DNA of 35,136 bases from Guillardia theta CCMP2712 (lineage: Eukaryota; Protista; Cryptophyta): positions 297,131-332,266 of the forward strand of contig NW_005434606.1 of NCBI RefSeq assembly GCF_000315625.1, in the 5' to 3' direction. Positions 27,878-35,136 of the stretch are shown piece after piece. The notes beneath the pieces were generated by a model. The model did not search any database, was not told where the DNA came from, and worked only from the letters and a program-made list of their open reading frames with translations. The translations under genes were made by a program, and so were the position numbers. How positions within the stretch are numbered: the stretch's first letter is position 1; every line of letters starts with the position of its first letter.

Positions 27878-28737
27878 TAGAAGAGACTAGTAAAGGGATC
27901 AGACGAGTAGAGTAACAAGAAGAGACTAGTAGAGGGATCAGACGAGTAGAGTAACAAGAAGAGACTAATACAGGGATGAGACGAGTAGAGTAACAAGAAG
28001 AGACTAGTACAGGGATCAGACGAGTAGAGTAACAAGAAGAGACTAGTAAAGGGATCAGACGAGTAGAGTAACAAGAAGAGACTAGTACAGGGATGAGACG
28101 AGTAGAGTAACAAGAAGAGACTAGTAGAGGGATCAGACGAGTAGAGTAACAAGAAGAGACTAGTACAGGGATGAGACGAGTAGAGTAACAAGAAGAGACT
28201 AGTACAGGGATCAGACGAGTAGAGGGATGAGACTAGTAGAGGGATGAGACGAGTAGAGGGATGAGACTAGTAGAGGGATGAGACGAGTAGAGGGATCAGA
28301 CGAGTAGAGGGATGAGACGAGTAGAGTAACAAGAAGAGACTAGTAGAGGGATCAGACGAGTAGAGTAACAAGAAGAGACTAGTACAGGGATGAGACGAGT
28401 AGAGTAACAAGAAGAGACTAGTAGAGGGATCAGACGAGTAGAGTAACAAGAAGAGACTAGTAGAGGGATCAGACGAGTAGAGTAACAAGAAGAGACTAAT
28501 ACAGGGATCAGACGAGTAGAGTAACAAGAAGAGACTAGTACAGGGATGAGACGAGTAGAGTAACAAGAAGAGACTAGTAGAGGGATCAGACGAGTAGAGT
28601 AACAAGAAGAGACTAGTACAGGGATGAGACGAGTAGAGGGATGAGACTAGTAGAGGGATGAGACGAGTAGAGGGATGAGACTAGTAGAGGGATGAGACGA
28701 GTAGAGGGATGAGACTAGTAGAGGGATGAGACTAGTA
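27878..28737. repeat. Compound minisatellite: 39-bp unit (17-mer + 22-mer) runs alternating with 17-mer runs
   Basis: Unit aagagactagtagagggatcagacgagtagagtaacaag. Two blocks each have about 8 39-mers followed by several gac(t/g)agtagagggatga 17-mers. Confidence 0.97.
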
Positions 28738-29290
28738 GTGTCAGATTGGCTGTAGGAACATAACGGGTGCTTCTTGGCACCTCCTATACTCGCCCACTTC
28801 ATCTGAAAGGAGACGGAACGACCGCGACAGGGTGCATGGCAAGATAAGCTGAGGTACCATGTGCAGATGTAATCGAAGCTGGTTGCTTCGGTAGAAACCT
28901 TCTGTTCGTTGCTAACGTTGCGGCAGAACATTAAAAGAATGAAAATCCTGACAGGCCCCGCAAGAGGAAGAGGCAGGAGGAGAGGGGAGAGATGGGAAGG
29001 ATAAGAGAAGGAGAGAACCTGAGCACGGCAAACAAGCAGGAAAATCACTAACAAGACTTTCTAGATCGAACAGCTCGAGGTAGAACACTATCGTCCAGGC
29101 AACAGGTTCTTGCAATAGAAATGTAGTACCCGAGACAAATGCCAGCTCGCGCATGCGCAAACAAAAGCTTCAAAGAATCACACGAATTCAATCTTGTAAC
29201 AACAAATAGACAAAATAGAGACTAACACAGAATACATCAACCTCGCCCCCGATCTCAGCCCCTCCCTCCCCCCTGCATGCTCAAGCACAC

Positions 29291-30052
29291 TCATGCCACG
29301 ATCCCGTCAGGTTTAGGTCCCATAGCCTCCGAACTCACTGAGTCCAAGCCAAACGAGTCTCGTATCATGTCCTCCAGCCCCAGCTCCTCCTCCTCCTCCT
29401 CCTCGGAGTCCGCCTGTACACTCCGTCAGCCCTCCAATCGCATCCCTCCCTGCCCTCACCTCAGCCTCCTGCCTCGCCTTGTCTACCCGCTTCTCAAAGG
29501 CGGCGTACATGTGCTGTACCCCCAGCTTGTTGCACGCCCACTGCCGCCCCGTCATCTCCCACACCACCTGCACGTCCGCCTCTCTCTCTCACCGCCAGGT
29601 AAGGCTTCGCTACCAGCCCCTCGTCGTTGGTGAACACGTCCTCCAGGATCGTCGACAGCTGCTCGCCCTTTCCTCCCCTCGCCTCCTCCTCCAGCGTCTC
29701 TTGCAACGCCTGCCCAGCAAGTCAGGCCTCCTCCCCTCCCGCTCCTCTGCAGGGACACCTTGCTCAAGCTCCCGAGCTCCGAGAACACCTTCTTCATCCC
29801 TCCATGCTTCGGCGGCACCTTGTCTTGCCACTGCCTGTACGCTACCTCCCTCACCGCATGGAACCGAAAGTCTTCCGCATCCAGCGGCTTCTTGTGAGGG
29901 CTGCCGCCTTCCACAAGGCTATCGGTCTGGATGCATTGGAGAGACGTGCAGCGGCAGAGACGGCTCTTCTTCTCCTCTCTCAACTTCCTTTCAGCCAGCA
30001 TCGCGAGCTCAGCGGCGGAGAAGATGTCTTGGGTCTTGAGTGCACTCATCAT
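29291..30052 (-). CDS. Unknown ~207-aa protein, paralogue B of 26142-26904
   Basis: Near-identical sequence and exon structure offset by about 3145 bp; starts (M)MSALKTQ and ends PKPDGIVA-stop. Confidence 0.75.
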
Positions 30053-30248
30053 TTTGTGCTGATTTGAGATGTGTCGACGGTAGATCTGCATTGAGTGTCA
30101 GGGCACGAGAACCCGTCAATCACTACCTAGATTGACATTGTGGCATGTGGCTACCATCGCTACTTGTCTCTATCGTCTGCCCTGGGTCCGGGAAGTGCTT
30201 GCATCTCTTTGCCACTAGGGTGGGAAGCGTTGGGAGGAGCCGTTTCAG

Positions 30249-30313
30249 CTCTACAAACTTCTCATCGTTGGCTCTACAACTTCTCATCGTTGGCTCTACA
30301 ACTTCTCATCGTT
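30249..30313. repeat. 22-bp tandem repeat x3 (acttctcatcgttggctctaca)
   Basis: Read directly, upstream of paralogue B. Confidence 0.9.
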
Positions 30314-31625
30314 GTTTCAGTTGTTGATGACTCTCAAGGCAAGCTCGTTCGCTTACGCTATCTGCTCCTTGAGAAGAAGCGTTCATCTCCCTAGTGAACA
30401 CTCCCCTCCCCCACCCCCACCCTCCTACGGGAAAATATGCCCTCAAGAATTGTAGAAGGTACCCTACCTTTGAACTGATTTGTACCCACCATTTCGAGGC
30501 GAATCACGCTATTCACCACCTACCCCCATGGGTATCGGTCCACGAAGACGTCAGATCCCAAAAGTTGAGATCTGACCCGTCGGTCAACACTTGTACAGTA
30601 CCCGGTCCTTTAAAGAAGGGTTTAAGAGGCGGACGACGGGGTAGGGGTGGTTATTTCCGCTCAAAGGCTCAGAGGCTGACTTAGCAAAAGGTCGCGGAGC
30701 ATCACTGCAGCTGTTGTAAACTGAGCTCATGATGACATTGCTGACGTTTCCAGGCTTTACTCAAAGTCAGTGTAAGCCTGCCACAGGCTTGCTGTCACGC
30801 GAGTCACGCGGCGCGTCGTGTGTGACTGCGCGCGGCAACTCGCCGAAGGCTTGAACTTCAAAGGAATCAACAAATCAAGTTTATGAGTCATTGGGTCAAG
30901 CTGCCGGGCTCCGCGGCCCGGCCGCCCGGCCCGGGCCCGGCCGGGCCCCTCAGCGGCGCTCGATCGGACGGCGGGCCGTGGTCCGATCCGAGCGTGGCAG
31001 TAATGATTGACGGGCGCGGCCCGTGACGGTGCCCGGGCCAGTCACTGCCGGCCGTGGGCCGTCAGCATGATAGCGCCGAGTTACTACAAAACTCTCTGGA
31101 AACCAAAGCTTAAGACGACTTACTAGTTAAGTTACTATCACGTGTTTCACTGGCAAGCGGCGGCCATGGCACGGTCACGGTACTAGGCTACGTTACTAAC
31201 TGCGGCATGTGCCAGACCGTCCACTCTCAGCGGCAGGGGGCGCCTTCGGAAGTTCCGAGTTCACTGAGTCTGAGCCTAGCCCATCCGATCACCGTTGAAT
31301 GATCCGGCGGCGGCCAGTTTGGATGCTCAGTTGGGCCGCAGTTCCCGCGGTGCAACTTCAGGAGCGGCGAGCTCGGAGTCCGATCGGGCCGGCCGCGGCG
31401 GCGCCCGGGCGAAGCCTAGGCAACTGACAGCACCGGGTCCGAGTCAATGCAAAGATCCAAGACCGGATGCGTTTGTAAGTCGGATGACCTGAGATCGGGC
31501 GTCTTTGCGAGGCCGACTCAGGCCATCATGGCATCATGGCATCCGCCGGGCCAGCGCTGCCGTTTCCAGGCTTGCAAGCCTGAGCCTTCGCCGTTCAAGT
31601 TCAATCACCGTGCCACTGTTGATGT

Positions 31626-31861
31626 ACTTTACTCAAAGTTAAGTTAAAATCAGTACGAGGACCATTACAGCCTGATGACTGAACTTCAAGAGTAGAGTCA
31701 TGGGCCATCACGTGACGTAATCTCTCAGAGACTCCACTTTTACTCAAACTTAAGTTAAAAATGAGTACGAGGACAAGCAGGAGGGTCCTAGGGGTGTAGT
31801 AAATTGACTTGTTGTACCTAGACTTTACTCAAAGTTAAGTTAAAAATCAGTACGAGGACCA
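31626..31861. repeat. Three ~40-bp direct repeats separated by unrelated spacers
   Basis: actttactcaaagttaagttaaaa(a)tcagtacgaggacca at 31626-31664, 31736-31775 (variant) and 31822-31861; spacers about 71 and 46 bp. Confidence 0.9.
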
Positions 31862-33110
31862 TGCTATGAGGTACCCACCTCCACCCCCCGGTCAGAGATG
31901 ATGGGGAACTTCCGAAAGTCATCACGAGTTGACTCCGGGACCGGGAAGATTGAAGACTCCGACCGGGTGGGGGGTACAACCCCCGGGGGTGGAGGGGGTA
32001 TGACGGGCCCCCACTTTCCCCTTTCGAACCGGGTCACCGAGGGTACCAGGGGTACTCTTTAGTCCCCGAACATTGTAGGAGTACACTGGTAAGGGTCCTC
32101 CGGAAGTTGACCCTAGAAATGGGGGTGGGTGTAGCCGGGGGGGGGGGGGGAGGGGGGTATAGACGGCAACCGTGAACAACTTATCTACTTGTGGTGGGTG
32201 AACCAGGGGGTGGTGGGTGGGGCCGGGTGGTCGATTCAGTGAAGGCTGGCAGGAAGGCCCCCGGCTGGGATCATCAGAACGGGGGTGGGGTACCAGGCCT
32301 TGGGACCCTTGACGGTGGCAATTGGGGAAAAAGGGGGAACATAGAGTATGGAACGGTCCCTAGTAGACAGGGTAGGGTGGGGACTCCAGTGGTATATCAG
32401 TCAACTTGGGGTGGGGTGGGTACGGAGTGGGGAATCATAATGTCAGGTGCAGATGTAAGGGGGTAGTTAGGGTACAAGGAGTAAAAACTTAATAATACGA
32501 GTATGGGTAGGGTGGTATAACAATTCACTCCCATTGGGGTGGGTTGTTGTGGGATGGTTGGGGATCGGGTACCCCTGCTGTGTACTAACCAGACACCTGT
32601 AAGCATGGAGGTGGGGTGGTAGAACGAAGGGGGTGGTGAATTCGTATCAGTGTCTCCTTGTGGGTGGGTAGTCTGGGTCCTATGTTGACAAACATGAGCT
32701 CGGACTGAGCGAAAAGATGGGGAGGAGGAATGAACAAAAAGGAGAAAGAGAAGAATGAGATGTAGAGTATATGGGAGAAAAAGCTGATTTGATGATGACA
32801 ATGATGGTGACAAGGACGATGACGACGATTATGATGATGATGTTAACGATGAGTTCGCTACAACGACGTTACGAGAGTAGATCGTGGAGAGACTTTGAAT
32901 GAAACTAATTCGAACATTTGTGCGGGAGGATCTTTGTAGTTGAGATAGTTATATACACGATTTTATGCCATGTTCTGACAGTGTCTGTTGATCTGAAACG
33001 AAATCCTGGCGAGTCCGCATCATTAAGCTGAATTTGAGATTGCTGCAAAGAGGAAGAGAGAGGAGCTGGGCAGACGACGGCTCTCTGACATGATTGCGTC
33101 GAGCAGCAGG

Positions 33111-34945
33111 ATGAAGAGTATGGAGAATCAGAGCACGATTGTCGACACGATGACTGAAGGGCTGAAGCCGTTCCAGCTCCCTGGCAACTGGGTTGACGGC
33201 TTCGTTATGTCGTTTGTAGCTTCGGGGCATGAAGGTATTGACGAGTATTTCTGGCAGCAGGGCTCCTGAATCGCATTCGCCTGCATTCTTTCTTCATCTT
33301 TGATCTGCGCCTTTGACTCTCTTCCTCGACTCCTCAACTGCTCCTCCCTGTCCTCCTCGTGCACATCCTCCTCCCCATCCCCTTTCCTGTTTATTATGTG
33401 AATGTTGGCTGTGCTCCAACCGGCTATGTTGATAACAGTGATTGGTCATGTTTGCAGGTGCGATTAGCGTGAAGCAAGACGATAGCAGATTTGTTTTCAA
33501 GGTAGCTGCTGACCCTCTGTTTTCTTCTCATATCATTGAACCTTTGCTCGCAGCGTGTTGACCAGAAATCCGACGAGTTTCATGCCTACGAATCTCTTCC
33601 TCATGAATTGAAGAGTTTCTGTCCGAGATATTTTGGTGAGAGCAAGGCATATTTGGAGTGCGATGATGACAAGAGTTGCAGGAGCGCAGCATATCGAAGG
33701 TTGTTGAGTTCAGAAGCAGACAGACCGTGACCTGGACTTACCTCGTGCACTGCAGGAGATACTTTCCTCATGTTAGAAACCTTGTGTTCGGCATGAAGAA
33801 TCCGCATGTGATGGACATCAAGGTTTGATCCCTGCTTGCCCGATGCCACACCTGGATGACAGTGGAGGGAAGATGGGTACAAGAACTTTCCTCGAGACGG
33901 AAGTGGTGAACGAGAAAAGGAGGATGGATCTGCTAGCGAAAATGATAAAGGTGATGGCGATGAGAGGAGAGGGGAAGGTGGTTGTGTGACGGACCTTGCA
34001 GATCGACCCGAATGAACCCACCGAGGAAGAGAAAGAGCTCGGAATCACAAAACTGAGGTCATCCCCTCCTGCTCCTGTGCTTTGCCTTCTCTCTGCTTCT
34101 CCTCGCTGTCCTGTGCGAGCTGAAGGAGGGACTTCAGGTACATGCAGTACCGAGAAAAGTTGTCGACGTCGGAGAAGCTTGGCTTTAGAATTGACGCGAT
34201 CAAAATCCACGACGAGGAGAGACCGTCGTTATCACAGGCGAGTGAACGACAGGAGGAGGAGGAGGAGGAGGAGGAGGAGGATGTGGAGAGGAGGAGGAGG
34301 AGGAGGAGGAGGAGGAGGAGGAGGATGTGGGGAGGATGGGAATGGACGAGGAGGAGGCGAGAAACAGGAAGAAATTCATGGATGAGACTTGGATAAAGAA
34401 GAACTGATTTGGCAGGGATGCCACGAGCAAAGGGGAAGGGGGGGTTGGTAGATGAATCATGTACTAGATGCGAGGGCAGAGGAGATGGGAGAGGAGATGG
34501 AAGAGGAGATGGAAGAGGAGATTGATCAAGGGAAGGGACTAACGGTTACTCACAGGAGCATGCCAAGAACATCTGCGATGTGAAGGGAGTCCATGAGGCT
34601 TTCAGGGTCTTCCTGTGCGGCAGGACAGACGTGTGGGAGGCGATGCTGACACAGCTCAAAGAGGTTTCTTGACTGCACGCCTCCTCTATCTTCCCCTCAT
34701 CCGCCCTCCCGTTTCCCCCCCCCTCCCTCTCTCCCTTTTGGCCTCTTCCATCCCTGCTCGGAATGCTTCGTCACTGCCCCTTCCTCCCTCCCTCCGCCTT
34801 CGTCTCTCTCTCTCTCTCTCGTCCTCCCCTTTCCCTTGACTGTCGCACTCGCCGACTTCATGCAGCTGCGGAAAGTGCTCGAGGCTTCCGAATGGTTCAT
34901 GAAGCACGAGATCATTGGCAGCTCCATCCTCTTCGTGTTTGACAA
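33111..34945 (+). CDS. Inositol polyphosphate kinase of the inositol-1,4,5-trisphosphate 3-kinase (ITPKA/B/C-like) type; 3' end beyond the window, 5' end uncertain
   Basis: Spliced: ..FVASGHEG|AISVK..|..LKSFCPRYFG|AQHIEG|DTFLMLE(N)LVFGMKNPHVMDIK|MGTRTFLETEVVNEKRRMDLLAKMIK|IDPNEPTEEEKELGITKLR|YMQYREKLSTSEKLGFRIDAIK..|..|LRKVLEASEWFMKHEIIGSSILFVFD. PxxxDxKxG and SSLL-type motifs are present. One base appears missing in the A-run at 33777-33779. GC donor at 34238. Confidence 0.92.
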
Positions 34946-35136
34946 GTAAGAGAGAGAGAGAGAGGAGGAGGAGGAGGGGGGGGGGGGGGGGGAGGAGCGA
35001 AGGCTTTGGGGGGGGGGGGGGAGGGGGCAAAAAGGGGGGGGGGGGGGGGGGGGAAAAGGGGGGGGCGGATGGGGGGAAAAAGGAGGGGGCGTGCAGAAAA
35101 AAAACTTCTGGGAGCTGTGGCGGCGTCGCCTCCCGG

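Noticed and set aside
31626-31861. CRISPR array
   Set aside because: Only three repeats, unequal long spacers, eukaryotic context and no cas genes; kept as a repeat finding.
16684-34945. Functional signalling gene cluster (MAP2K, TF, IP3 kinase, plus the PTEN-like gene)
   Set aside because: Mixed orientations, unrelated genes in between, no shared regulatory element seen, and the PTEN-like segment may be misplaced; co-location is plausibly chance.

Overview
This is eukaryotic nuclear DNA from a draft assembly with nine N-gaps. It is GC-rich, full of microsatellites, and carries many short (about 45-70 nt) GT/GC-AG introns. The style suggests a protist or alga, possibly a cryptophyte (inference only). 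Positions 1-14.3 kb are a head-to-tail array of at least 7 copies of a ~1.5-1.6 kb unit. Each unit has a conserved core (paired upstream motifs, GC-box, CATAAAAA, a single ATG opening a 53-codon micro-ORF, AATAAA) and a variable spacer. A gap-bounded 4.4 kb segment interrupts the array and encodes a PTEN-like pseudophosphatase plus a PDZ domain (- strand). Downstream, splicing by eye gives: an atypical or damaged MAP2K (+; DLC in place of DFG), a Zn(II)2Cys6 transcription factor (-), an intronless 501-aa ORF with a MIB/HERC2-like C-terminus (+), two near-identical paralogues of an unknown ~206-aa gene (-) flanking a 39/17-bp minisatellite, three ~40-bp repeats with unique spacers, and an animal-like inositol-trisphosphate 3-kinase (+) that runs off the window end. 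All gene models and domain calls come from manual reading and remembered motifs; no searches were run.
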